From assembly GCA_951406725.2 (NCBI GenBank), contig OX597830.1, positions 59,024,001 to 59,088,000 of the forward strand: 64,000 nt of DNA, given 5' to 3'. The notes under the pieces are model-generated. The model was not told the origin of the DNA, ran no database searches, and saw only the letters and a program-made list of their open reading frames with translations. A program made the translations under genes and the position numbers. This stretch comes from Octopus vulgaris (taxonomy: Eukaryota). Shown here in pieces: positions 1 through 12,568 of this stretch; position 1 is the first letter of the stretch; each line of letters begins with the position of its first letter.

Positions 1-952
1 TATGTATGTGTGTATGTATGTATGTATGTATGTATGTATGTATGTATGTATCTATGTATGTATGTATGTATGTATGCATGTATGTATGTATGTATGTATG
101 TATGTATGTACGTGTGTGTGTTTGTGTATGAGACATAAAGAGGAATGGAAAATTATATATCTTCAAAACTTATTTATTTAAGTTTTGTTCTCATTAAATT
201 CTTCTAAAATTCAAACCCGACACGTGTTTCCGCTGCATAAGTGTCTTACTGTCCTTTGGTGCATCATTCATGGGCATTTAGTTGCAGTACATGCAAAGTA
301 GACAGACATTCGTATGCAGCTTTGATCAAGGTTTTGCCTATACGGATGGTTGAACCCAACTGAATCATATATTCTGTATCTTGTATGAAAACCAATGAAG
401 CGAACCTAAGATTTACTTTTCGTGTAATTGCTTATCTGAAACAGTTCTGCGTGTTCCCTATCATTCAATGTGGTTAGCCAAATCTGGATTATATCGGTGT
501 GCCAATAAGATACCTGCTGTAGGCTTAGGCCTGAAATTTTCTACTGTAGGCTCAGGCCTGAAATTTTGGGGAAGGTGGGGCTAGTCGATTGCACTGACCC
601 CAGTATGTGACTGCTATTTATTTCATCAACCCCGCAAGGAACGAGAGGCAGAAGAACTCAGAACATAAAGAGTCGGAGGAAAGGCCATTAAATATTTTGT
701 CCAGCGTGCTAAAGATTCTGTCAGGTCACCGCCTTAGAGTTACTAATTAAAACAGTTATAAACAGCAAAAACCATTTATTGATGAAAGAGCTCAATAATT
801 TAGTAGAGTTGAATAAACCAACAGAAGTCAAAAAAAGTTCAGGTCAGTGCATTCATTTTATAAATACATTCATCCCTTTCGGGTGGGTGTGCCTACACTA
901 GAAAGGAATTCATAATTCTAACATTAACACGCACACACACATACACATACAC

Positions 953-1345
953 ATCGTTGCTATTATGTCAAACTGTCGTATGTCCAAATTTGGCCAAATG
1001 CATTTTTCAATATTCAGTTTTGCTTGCAAAAGCCAGTTCTTTTGGTCAAACTATCGTAGCTCCAGCTGATTCAGATGCCAAGATGCGAAAATTGTCAAAG
1101 CATAGTACAGCGGTTTAGCATTTTTCCAGAGTGTAGTAAGTCCCACATACGACTGTTTTGCAAAAATATTTCTGACTGAAAATATCATACATGCGTGGAA
1201 TTACGATTTTATTCACCCAGCAAAGTATTATGGTAAAACTGAAACTGTTGCTAATGTAAAAAGAAATGGAATGGCGTAACTATTTTACCATTTTTTGAAA
1301 AAGCAACGTCTTGGACTTACGACACTTTTGCATAATAGCAACGAT
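953..1345. mobile_element. Non-autonomous DNA transposon (MITE) with ~33-bp terminal inverted repeats
   Basis: Left end ATCGTTGCTATTATGTCAAACTGTCGTATGTCCAA; the right end reverse-complements to ATCGTTGCTATTATGCAAAAGTGTCGTAAGTCCAA. No coding capacity. Confidence 0.75.
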
Positions 1346-1496
1346 TATGTTACTTATGAACGCAGAGGCTGTTGTTGGGGTAGCAGTAAAAGAAGCAGAA
1401 TGAAGGGCAGCACATACGTGAGTTAGGAGCTGGAGTAGGTTGATACGTGACTCCTTGCAAATCAACCTGGTAGCTTTTTAAAAGGCTTTATGTGTA

Positions 1497-1521
1497 CAAC
1501 AGCAGCAGTAGTAGCAGTAGC

Positions 1522-1589
<68 letters not shown>

Positions 1590-1612
1590 CAGCAGCAGTA
1601 GCAGCAGCAGCA
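1497..1612. repeat. (CAG/TAG)n trinucleotide microsatellite
   Basis: Direct inspection; source of the poly-Leu/poly-Cys ORFs. Confidence 0.95.
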
Positions 1613-1643
1613 TCGTTCTATAACTGGGAGCATTATTTGATGA

Positions 1644-1860
1644 AGGTGGCGAGATAGCAGAAGCGTTAGCACGCCGGGAATATTGCTTGGCGGCATTTTC
1701 TCCCTCTTTATATTCTGCGTTCAAATTCCGCCGAGGTCGACTTTGCCTTTTATCCTTTAGGGGTCAATGAAATAAGTACCAGATAAGTACTGGGTCCGAT
1801 GTAAGCAACATACCCCCTACCCCAAAATTGCTGGCTTTGTGCCAATATTCGGAAACATTA
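1644..1860 (+). mobile_element. tRNA-derived SINE, family B (Nin/Deu-like central domain)
   Basis: Head GGTGGCGAGATAGCAGAAGCGTTAGCACGCCGG, B-box-like GTTCAAATTCC, core GTCGACTTTGCCTTTTATCCTTTAGGGGTC..AAATAAGTACCAG. Many copies in the window (e.g. 555-735, 46522-46730, 56450-56650, 57820-58135, 62115-62560). Confidence 0.8.
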
Positions 1861-4190
1861 TTTTATTGTGGATCTCACCTGATTTTGTTTTCAGAGTTAA
1901 CAATTATGTGTGGGTATTTTCTGGCTTTAAAAGTGGATAATCGGTCTTAGATTCGCAGTTTGTCCTGTCATGTACGTGAAATCGCCAGAAGATCTTCTTA
2001 TTAAAGTGTAGCATTTGTATCGTCTTTGGGTTTTATAATTGTGTAGTTGTGCGTGCGTACGATTAGAGAAAGTAAAGTAGACAGTTGTTAGTTGATGTGT
2101 GTAACGATTGGGTGGCCGAAGGAGACAAAGTTATTGTGTTCTCATTACAAGATATTCCCAGAGTTTTTATCTGCATACAGTGTGATCGTTTGATCAAATT
2201 GGAAAGATTCCACTCACGATACTAGATTCGGAAGAAGGGGAGGTAATTTTCCTGTCACTCAAATGCTTTACTGGTGACTTGTGGAATGACATGGCCTTCG
2301 GCAACTTTTTTGAGAGTGAAGAGGCTTTTTGTGTGTAGAACTGGTGGCACGCAAGCATTACTGTTAGTTATTGAGGAAAGACAGAGAGAGAGAGAGAGAG
2401 GGAGAGAGAGAATGAGAGAGGGAAAGAGAGAGAGAAGTGGTGGGTAGACTGTTATGTGTTGGAGAGGTTGGTTGTTATCTGTTTGAAAACTGTACAGAAC
2501 TCTGTACAACTTATTACTAAAGAATGCCAAATGATCTTTTATTAATTAGATATATATATACAGCTAAATGAATAAGATAGCTGGTGTCTGTGAGGGAGTG
2601 TGTGTGTGAGTGTGTGTGTGTGAGTGAGTGTGTGTGAGTGTGTGCATATGTGTGCACACGCAAGTTTTTACGCTGACTTCGCCTAAAAAACTGTGCCGTC
2701 TGTTAATGTTCTTTAACGTAGAGGTTCAACAAACACATTCGATGTAATAACTATCAAACTTGAAAATAAATACTGGAATCGACATAATCGCCTAAAACCG
2801 TTTAAAGTGGTGCCCCAGCATAGTCGCAATCAAATAATTAAAACAGGTAAAAGAAACTAAAATAATAAGGTATCGAATTGCTAAATTATGGATGACGGTT
2901 TCGAAATGTCTGCCAGTCGTTTGTTATGCTTCTGGGCAAAAATATTTTATACAATATTTTATAAGTCCACCATTCGTCCCTGTCTGTATTCTAGATTTAA
3001 TCCAGTCATCTGGTTTCATTATAAATTCTGTATGATGCTTGCTGTATCTATTCACTCAATATTCACCGTGCATCCACCGCTCGGTGGCCTACATCCTTGG
3101 TCACGTTGATCACGCGAGATTCTTACCATCTTGTCATGAGGCGAGCGTAAAACAAATCTGTTGGCTATGAACGCTTCATATAACTTTGCAGTGTATTCTG
3201 TTGAGAACAGGTATGGAGGAATCGCTTTCATTCTGGTGGAAACTCTTCAGAAACCTGTACGGCATTAATTGCTCAAATGAGAAAACTATCAAACTGAAAG
3301 GGACATTTTGAAATTTTGGTTTCAAAAGGTAAGCATTTGGAGGTTTCCATCGCTGGAGGGACAATTCATTTTCTGGCATCTTCCAAATAATGGAGACTAC
3401 AAACTATTTTAGCAAAAAATATTTAGCTGTTCATCTTTTCTTTCATTTTGTTCCTTTCTTCTTATATATAAAGAGAATTAGATGCAATTTTTTAAGCTAT
3501 CATGACTTACCGGTTTCACACGACTGTATTATTTGATTCAATAATTTAATCTTGAAGGAATTGTCTCCTCTATGGTAGTTGACCACCAGAGGTAACAGCA
3601 CGAGTAATTAAAATATCATTTTGCAGGTTTGATTCTAGGTATTAATATAGACTGGTTTATAATGGGAATGGTATCTCTCTAATGGAGGCTTTTCTTGAGA
3701 TTCGTCTGTTCAAATTTTATACTTCTCAGATTCTCTAAAGTTCGAATGGTACGAAAATCCTTATGAACGGGTGTATAAACCAATGATAAGAGACGACTTA
3801 AAGTGATAAGTCCATTTCTCTCAATAGTCTCAACACATAACTTCAGTGAGTATTTAATACACACACACACACACATGTGGATAAGGAGAAAGAGAGAGAG
3901 AGGGAGAGAGAGAAGAGATAGTGAGAGGAGTTAGGTGTATAAATCAACCTGTGAAAGTTGTTGTTTGGGGCTGTCAGTTGGACATAACCAAAAGTGAAGA
4001 GAAAGTGAAGGAAGATTAGCAAAGCAGACGACACTGAATGAAAATTCTCATATCACTGAGAGGCAGATTTATATTATAAAGGCTGAAAGGGAGGGAAAAG
4101 GCAGCATGAGTCAACGTTAGTGGTAGGACTGCGACCGCCCACTCTAAGGGCAAGGCTATACTACTGGAAGTCGGGTAACAGCAGAAGCAG

Positions 4191-4226
<36 letters not shown>

Positions 4227-4432
4227 GCCCGTTTAGTCGGCGGGTGGTGGTGGTGGTGGTGGTGGTGGTGGCGATGGCGGTGGTGGGATTCATTTGATGA
4301 AATATCATTTCTAAACACGAGCTGTATTAACAGCACTTCATTAAAATTGAGAATCAGCTAAACGATGGAAAGTGTTAGGAAAAAGATACACAAATACACA
4401 AATGAGTGTGCGTGTGTGTGTGTATTATATAT

Positions 4433-4611
4433 AGATGCAGTGCGTAGCTGAGTGGTAAGAAGCTTGTTTCCAAACCGTATGGTTCCAGGTTCAGTCTTAC
4501 TGCGTTGCGCCTTGGACAAGTATCTTCTACGACCAAAGCCTTGTGGGTGGATTTGGTGGACGGCAACTGAAAAGACATACAAGAACTCAAACACAGGCAT
4601 GCGCATATGTA

Positions 4612-4643
<32 letters not shown>

Positions 4644-4818
4644 CTTTGTGTCTGTGTTTTTCCTCCACACTACCGCCTGACAACCGGTGTTGGTGCGTTT
4701 GCGTCCCATAATATAGCGGTTCGATAAAGATCTTAAAAAAACGTAATAAAATTTCTTCAAGGCGGTGCCCCAGCCAGGCCGCAGTCTACTGACTGAAACA
4801 AATAAAGGATAAAAAGAT
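4433..4818 (+). mobile_element. tRNA-derived SINE, family A (central (TG)n, CR1/L2-like tail)
   Basis: A-box-like TAGCTGAGTGGTAAG, B-box-like GGTTCAGTC, body GCCTTGTGGGTGGATTTGG, tail GGCGGTGCCCCAGC..GGCCGCAGTC..GACTGAAAC. Confidence 0.8.
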
Positions 4819-4821
4819 ACA

Positions 4822-4874
<53 letters not shown>

Positions 4875-5200
4875 ACATGCATGTTTGTGTGTATATCTCA
4901 CATGTATGTTTGTGTGTATATCATATGTATGTATATACATATATCACATGAATGCGTGTGTGTATATATTACATGTATATGTCTGTGTGTATGTATATAT
5001 CACATGTATGTGTGTGTGTATATATATAACGTATATGTGTATATCTCATGTATACGTGTGCATATCACATGTATGTGTGTGTATATATCACATGTATGTG
5101 CGTGTATATCTTATTTATGTGTGTGTGTATATCACATGTATGTGTGTGTGTATATCACATGTATGTATGTGTGAGTATATATCATATGTATGTGTGTGTG
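4822..5200. repeat. (TA)n/(TG)n compound micro/minisatellite with recurring ATCACATGT unit
   Basis: Direct inspection. Confidence 0.9.
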
Positions 5201-5479
5201 AGAGAAGGAGAGGGAGAGAGAGAGAGAGGTGGGTGGGTGGGTGGGAAGATTGGGAGAGAGACAGTAAGCGATGCTGTGAAAGTATTTAATGGGTCATTAT
5301 AATAGCGCTGATCGTGGAGAACATTTAGTGAGTGAGGACTAAATGCCAAGGGCTTAGCATCTGCTGCTGCTGCTGGTTCTATTTGTCGGAAGCTCGCTCG
5401 GTTGTAGACGCCAACTGGAGCCTAACACCCAGAGGAGATATCTATATACGTGCGTGCGTGTGCGTGCATGTGTGTGTGC

Positions 5480-5523
<44 letters not shown>

Positions 5524-5864
5524 AAACGAAACCAACAAAACGAAAGGAAAAAAAAAAAAGGACAGCTCCGCTTGGTTTTCAATAGCTCCAGCTGCCCCAC
5601 AAGTCCATCAAAATACTGAAACAGTGATGTCTCCTTTGATAGTCTTCATAAATATTTTCCGATTTTGTTTTTTTTTCTAATTTTTCTCTTTTTCTAAAGT
5701 TTTCTCATTGCATTTATTTCGAAGAAGAGATTCTATCATAAAAAAAAATATGAAAATAATAACATTCCTTAAAAAAAAAAAAAAACCCCAAAAAGTGATC
5801 AACGCAAAACATTCATATGCGCATGCGTGCGTTTGAGTAGCTGTGTTCTTTTTTTCTCTTCTCT

Positions 5865-6196
5865 TATTCTTTTACTTGTTTCAATCATTTGACTGCGGCC
5901 ATGCCGCAGCACTGCTTTTAGTCGAACAAATCAATTCCAGGACTTATTCTTTGTAAGCATAGTAAATTTTCTATCGGTCGCTTTTGCCGAACGCTAAGCT
6001 ATGGGGACGTAAACACACCAGCATCGGTTACCAAGCGATGATGTGGTGGACAAACACAGACACAAATACATACACATAGACATACACACAGACATGTATA
6101 TATACTATATATACACCACAGGCCGACCAAAGCCTTGTGAGTGGATTTGGTAGACGGAAACTGAAAGAAGCCCGTCGCATTTATATATACATACAC

Positions 6197-6280
<84 letters not shown>

Positions 6281-6470
6281 GTGTGTGTTTATCCTCCAGC
6301 ATCGCTTGACAACCGATGCTGGTGTGTTTATGTCCCCGTAAAATAGCGTTTCGGCAAAAGAGACCGATAGAATAAGTACTAGGCTTACAAAGAATAAGTC
6401 CTAAGGTCGATTTGTTGGACTAAAGGTGGTGCTCTAGCATGGCCACAGTCAAATGACTGAAACGAATAAA
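5865..6470. mobile_element. Two family-A SINE pieces in opposite orientation (3' half on minus 5865-6100; 5'-truncated copy on plus 6116-6470)
   Basis: Match to the full copy at 13753-14157. Confidence 0.75.
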
Positions 6471-6698
6471 GGTATATATATATAAGCGAATATAGGCACA
6501 GGACGTCACCAACTGTGTAAACAACATGAAGTACGAAAGAAAGATGGGGAAGAGAGAGAGAGAGAAAACGGTAAAGGGGAGAAAAAGGGAATTAGAGAAG
6601 GATGCGGGAAGGAAGTAGTATAGAGTAGATTCGCATCAAAGATGTTATGGTAGCCTTACTTGAAAACGGATGCGCGGCGTTCAATTAAATAATAATAC

Positions 6699-6729
<31 letters not shown>

Positions 6730-6795
6730 GTATGTATGCATGTATGTATGTATGTATGTATGTATGTATGTATGTATGTATGTATGTAGGTATGT

Positions 6796-6834
<39 letters not shown>

Positions 6835-7058
6835 TACCTCTCTCCCGTCTGTTTTCTCTTTTGTTGCTCACACGTGACCATCGTCAATCTTTCTTTTCCT
6901 GCACGACGTTGTAAGGAATGGACGTTTTCTTTCTCTGTCTTATATCTTTTTTCTTTTCAAAGAAAATATTTCTCCCAGCGTCCACTATTTTCCTCTCGTT
7001 TTGGTCTGCCGACCCTCGATGTTTGTTTTCATTCGGGTTCCTTTTGTCTCCTTTGTCC

Positions 7059-7271
7059 TGTTTTTGTTCCCAACTTTGACCCTCCATTAACCCAAAATTT
7101 TATTTTAAAATTTATGGGAGCAACTGTCTTTGAAGACTCATATTGTTGTTCATTGCCCGAAATGAGGAGTAGATAGACAGCCGACAACTGATGATGAAAG
7201 GTCGTTCTCTGTGTTTATTTATCCTGTTTTCATTTTCCTCTCGTTATTTGCCTATTTAACTCGTTTGTTTC
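7059..7271 (+). repeat. Penelope-like pLTR-type repeat, direct copy 1 (copy 2 at 8861-9071)
   Basis: Both copies share TGTTTTTGTTCCCAACTTTGACCCTCC...TTTGAAGACTCATATTG...CGAAATGAGGAGTAGA...GCCGACAACTGATGA...GCCTATTTAACTCGTTTGTTT. Related pieces lie at 37280-37450 (minus) and 59460-59635. The Penelope assignment is an inference from the degenerate hammerhead core. Confidence 0.55.
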
Positions 7272-7274
7272 AAA

Positions 7275-8177
7275 GATGGCCGCACCTCAGAGGCACGTGA
7301 GATACGACGAAATTAATCGCAAAGGTTCGAGGAATAGTCTATAAAGACCGTCGTGTGACTATTGAGGAAAATTGTTGCCGAAGTTGGAATCGGCCATGGG
7401 TCAGTTCAGTCAATTATAACAGATTTGTTCATGAGGAGAGTGTCGGTCAAATTCGTACCAAAGTTGCTGTTTGACCAGCAGAAAGAAAACAGAAAGGAAA
7501 TCTCCCAGGACATGCTGGAGTATGCTAGCCAAGGTCAAGACTACCATCGCTAGTGATGAGACATGGGTGTACGGCTATGACCCCGAAACGAAATTGCAAT
7601 TATCACAATGGAAGCGTCCATCCTCGCCAAGAGCAAAGATGACAGGTGCGCAGCAATGTTAAACTGATGATGACTATTTTTTTTTACTACAGAGGTATTA
7701 TACACCATGAATATGCACCACAAGGGCAATTATGTTTATCTTTTACTACCTGGAGGATTTTCGTTGCTTTCGTGAAGCTGACCCGACCTGTGGATAGCAA
7801 AGAACTGGAAACTCCAGCATGACAACGCACCCACTCATTCCGCCTACGTTGTCCAAGTATACCTCATCAAGTAAAACACACCACTCATTCGTCAGGCTTC
7901 TTACTCCCCAGACATTTGGCTATTCCCAAAGCTAAAAAAAATACTCGAAAGGGAAAGATTTGAGTCCACAAAGGACATTAAGCAAAATTCGACGGAACTG
8001 CTCTACAGTATCCCAAAATGTGATTCCCAGAAATGTTTCCAGCAGTGGCAGAAACACTGGCAGAAGTGTGTAGACTCCTAAGGCGAATAATTTGGAGGAG
8101 ACTAAATCAAAATGGTGATTGTTTTAATATTACTTTGTTTTTTGGCCAAAGGTTAGATACTTTTTGACTACACCTCG
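7275..8177 (+). mobile_element. Degenerate mariner (Tc1/mariner DD34D) transposon, 5'-truncated
   Basis: Frameshifted transposase motifs: RRVSVKFVPKLL, DETWVYGYDPETKLQLSQWK, HDNAPTH, YSPD. 3' TIR ...GATACTTTTTGACTACACCTCG followed by TA. Confidence 0.9.
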
Positions 8178-8531
8178 TATACCGGCGTATATTTTAACGA
8201 GATATTTCTTGAAATCACCCGAGGACACACATCTATACCGAAGGATACACCTAAACCAGTTGTGCAGTATCCTACCCGCGAGGGTTCGATGCAAGATTGG
8301 TCGAAACGATTGAAGTGATCAATAAAGATTCTCGTATGTTCCAACTCTTTCATTAATTCCATATTCAACAAACACTTAGCCAGTGAACGGGCTTTACCTG
8401 CAATCAACCAGGTGTATATTAACTACAAACTATATATACGATTTATTAACTACTAACTATGTAACATATGGTATAATTATAAACAGGGCAAATTTTAGCC
8501 ATTTCTCCGCAGACTGAAAAAACGATGAACA

Positions 8532-8574
8532 ACCTTAATCTATTTTCGAGCCTTATTGGATCCTCATCAGAGGT
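8532..8574 (-). ncRNA. Minimal type-I hammerhead ribozyme motif
   Basis: Minus strand ACCT-CTGATGA-GGATCCAATAAGGCTC-GAAA-ATAGAT-TA-AGGT: stem I ACCT/AGGT, intact core, imperfect stem II. Confidence 0.6.
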
Positions 8575-8798
8575 GCCCACATCATCATGAGAATCTCCAG
8601 AGAAACAAGCAGCCAAATTGTTCTTTATACTCAACAGATACAGCAATTATTCTATGAAGAAGTCCCTAATTTGCATGCCGAAAGTGTTTAACGCTATAAA
8701 TACCAGTAGTCTATACACACCCACGCACGCGCACACACACATCCGTAGATATATATATATATATTTAAAGGGTTGAATGTAAATTCGTCCTTTAATTG

Positions 8799-8849
<51 letters not shown>

Positions 8850-9494
8850 TCCTCTGTACTGTTTTTGTTCCCAACTTTGACCCTCCGTAAATCCCAAATA
8901 AAACTTTGGAATTTATTGGTGCAGTTGTTTTTGAAGACTCATATTGTCGTTCGATGCTCGAAATGAGGAGTAGATTGGCAGCCGACAACTGATGAAAGCT
9001 CGTTTTCTGCGCTTATTTGTCCTGTTTTCCATTTCTCTCTCGCCGTTTGCCTATTTAACTCGTTTGTTTTCGTACTTCATGTTGTTTACACAGTTGGTGA
9101 CGTCCTGTACCTATGTACGCGTATATAGATTTCTAACGTTGATTCTTCATACTTTACTCTTAACTGGTGCGAGCGTAGATATGAAAAATTATATAAGTAT
9201 ATTAAGTATATGGTTTAACTGATAAAACAGAGCTCTACAAATTCAATGATATTTTATGTAAATGGAGGAGATTAGATGTTAATATAGATTATAATTATTT
9301 TTATTCATGTAGCTGTACAATCGATTCATACAGAAAGACAATAAATTCATTTTAAGAATCTGGGTTGCCAAAAAGTATTCGTCAGTAGCAAAAAGTAAGG
9401 AAGCGGGGAGCTAAAAAGACGTTAGAATTACATAGGTGATCGTAATGTGTAAATGTTTTTAGAGTCATGTTTTTCTAAAACAATGCTATATATA

Positions 9495-9703
9495 GTTAAT
9501 CCAAACATGAAAACACCAAGAGAAAACACATCAACGCGAGGACGTGGAACAAGTATAGTGTTATTGGACGCTCAGGAAAGGAAAGAAAGAAGGCAGATTT
9601 AACGTTTCGAGCGGAGCTCTTCGTCAGAAACATAGAAAAAGGAAAGATCCAAGGAAGGGAAGACGGAGGAAAAAAATCGCCAACGATACACACGCGGTCA
9701 CAT
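9495..9703 (-). mobile_element. ~210-bp hammerhead-containing non-autonomous element (Penelope/retrozyme-like)
   Basis: A second copy with the same boundaries lies at 57172-57378. Contains GTTT-CTGACGA-A-GAGC-TCC-GCTC-GAAA-CG-TT-AAAT at 9597-9631 (minus). Confidence 0.65.
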
Positions 9704-9712
9704 ATTGAATGA

Positions 9713-9737
9713 TAAATAGATAGATAGATAGACAGAC

Positions 9738-9823
<86 letters not shown>

Positions 9824-9852
9824 GTAGGTAGGTAGGTAGGTAGGTAGGTAGG

Positions 9853-9917
<65 letters not shown>

Positions 9918-9945
9918 TGATTGATTGATAGATAGATAGGTAGAT
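9713..9945. repeat. (GATA)n/(GGTA)n tetranucleotide microsatellite
   Basis: Direct inspection. Confidence 0.95.
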
Positions 9946-10126
9946 CAGAAACAGAAAATGGATTTCAGGAGATTCTTTACCCAAATCCACTACAATTGTT
10001 TTTATTCATTTCACACTTGTACCTTATAGGTGAGATGCTGCAAACTAATTTTCTTGCATCACAGGTGCAGACCGTATCTCTTCAGGTACTTTTTAAACAA
10101 ATACCTAGCTCTTTCTCTTATCATTA

Positions 10127-11581
10127 TCTCTCTCTATATAAACGGCAGTTTGTCGGTCTGTGTGTCTGTGTGTCTGTCAGGTTGTACCCTCACCCCGACC
10201 ACGGTTTTCAACCGATTCTGATGAAACTTGACACACACATAGCCCAATGTCATAATTCAAAACTAACGCAGCGAAAATTTTGAAAAATTCCCCCAGTTCT
10301 GAAAAATCGATAAATTCGACATGGGGTCGAGAATCTAAGCTTTTTATATGCAACACATTTTCTGTTGTAATTTTCGCAACTTGCAATCGATTTTCACCAA
10401 ACTCATGGTGAAGCTTAATGCTACCCTAAGAAACTTAATTCTGACGTTAGTTTTCCATGCAATACCTTACCATCAGAAAAAATCGATAAAATCATGCCAT
10501 TTTGGGAAATCGCGTTCAAATTCAAGATGATATATTTTCGGCAATATCTTTCACAAATTGGCAGGAATTTTTTTTTTAATTCACAGCGAGCATCATGTCT
10601 GCTCCAAGGAGCTATATGGCCCTCTTTATTCCAATAGGATACTTTATTACTGGAAAAAATCGGTATATTAAATCATATGTGGCACACATAGCAAACCGAT
10701 TTGTGTATTAAACACAAACCACAGACTGTCTAGGGGACGCAACTCGACCTTTTTAACTCACTTTGCACCACTGTCGACACCCCTGCTAGCCTCCGCGACG
10801 CTGTCTTCCACGACCTACAAAACAATTTACGCGACCGAAAATGGCTGGCAGGCAGAGCTATTCTCGCACCCAAAAATACAACCGTCAACTCCATCAATAT
10901 CCAACTACTTGAAGCTATTCCTGGTGATCTTCACGTCTACAAATCTATAGATAGAACAGCAGACCCCGCCGAGCTTGCCGATTACCCTGTTGAATTCCTG
11001 AATTCACTTATACCGCCAGGCCTGCCGCCACACATCCTGAAGTTAAAAGTCGGTGCGCCCATTATGCTCATCAGGAATTTGGTTCCACCTAAACAGTGAA
11101 ACGGCACATGTCTGGTTGTGAAACATTTGGCACCACATTTAATAACGGCCACAATACTTACCGGTTGTGGGAAGGGAGAGGATGTCTTCATTCCACGCAT
11201 GCACCTTCAACCGTCGGGCGCTGACCTACCAATCCACTTCAGGCGTTCTCAGTTTCCTGTTAAACTCTGCTTCGCAATGCCCATCAATAAATCCCAAGAC
11301 CAAACGCTACAAGTCGCTGGGTTACATTTGGGCGAATAGTGCTTCGCCCACGATCAACTCTACGTGGGCTGTTCACGCGTTGGGAGGCGCAATGATGTTT
11401 TCATGTTTTCGCCCAAAAGGACAGCTAGGAACATCGTATACACAGAAGTATTCGAGTGAAGAGAAGACATTGCAACCGACACATGCGCCTTCGTTCCCTA
11501 GAGGGAAAGGACTAGATTGGGATTAGTCGTTGCCTACTAGGGGATCTTACATACCCGGGCAACGCCGGGCTATGCTGCTAG
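10127..11581 (+). mobile_element. Internally deleted Helitron with Pif1-helicase remnant
   Basis: 5' A|TCTCTCTCTATATAAA...GTCTGTGTGTCTG; 3' hairpin CCCGGGCAACGCCGGG (11554-11569) then CTAG|T, i.e. inserted between A and T with no TSD. Internal RepHel motifs RAILAPKN, YPVEFLNSL..PGLPPHILKLKVGAPIMLIRNL, QFPVKLCFAMPINKSQDQTL, with stops. Confidence 0.92.
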
Positions 11582-11637
11582 TAATATCATATATTTAGGT
11601 AGTTGCTGCATTCTAGCAGTTCTCATTAGTGTGCGTG

Positions 11638-11680
<43 letters not shown>

Positions 11681-12112
11681 ATGTCCCTCACCACTGCTTA
11701 ACAACCGGTGTCAGTATGTTTATGTCCCCGTAACTTGGCGGTTCAGCAAAAGACGGGCAGAAGAAGTACCACGTTTAAAAAAAGAAAAAAGGAAAAAGTA
11801 TTGGGGTCGTTTCATTCAACTAAAAATTCTTCTAGGTGGTGCCTCAGCATGGCCGCAGTCTGATGACTGAACCAAGTAAAAGATAAACGATAAAAGATAT
11901 TGCGAATGCGAGGCGTCAGCCGTCTCAATCAAACAGCCGTTCTCTGTGTGCAGTAATTTGTCGGTTAATTGCATTCGGAAGACATTATGAAGCGAAGCCA
12001 GCAAGAAGTCAATTCACAAGTGAAGTGAGTGGTGGTGGTGGCGGTAGAAGTGGTGATGGTAGAGGTGGTAGTCGTGGTAATGGTGGTGGTAGGAGGAAAG
12101 AGAAGAATGCTT

Positions 12113-12151
<39 letters not shown>

Positions 12152-12266
12152 TTATAACTATCACAACTACCACTACAACCATGTGCTTCTACTTTTGTAG
12201 TTATGGGAGAAAATATAATAGAATAAAATAGAGATGGGGAGTGGGAGAGAGAGGGAGTGGTAGGAA

Positions 12267-12320
<54 letters not shown>

Positions 12321-12474
12321 ATAGGATGTGTGAGAAGCATAATTGGTGATGGATAATGTAGGGAGAGAAAAGGTCGACAGAGAGTAAAAGAGATAATGAG
12401 AAAGATAACGCTTGACAAAAGAAGAGAAAGATGCTAGGAGGTGAGAATGACAAAACAAACAGCAGAATGGACAA

Positions 12475-12537
12475 CAAGAGGAAGAAGAAGAAGAAGAAGA
12501 AGAAAGAAGAAGAAGAAGAAGAAGAAGAAGAAGAAGG

Positions 12538-12568
<31 letters not shown>

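Noticed and set aside
2181-2242. AG...GT exon-like segment on the plus strand
   Set aside because: Stops in all three frames; could only be a non-coding exon, with no further support.
10750-11460. Host PIF1 helicase gene
   Set aside because: Intronless, stop-containing and bounded by Helitron termini.
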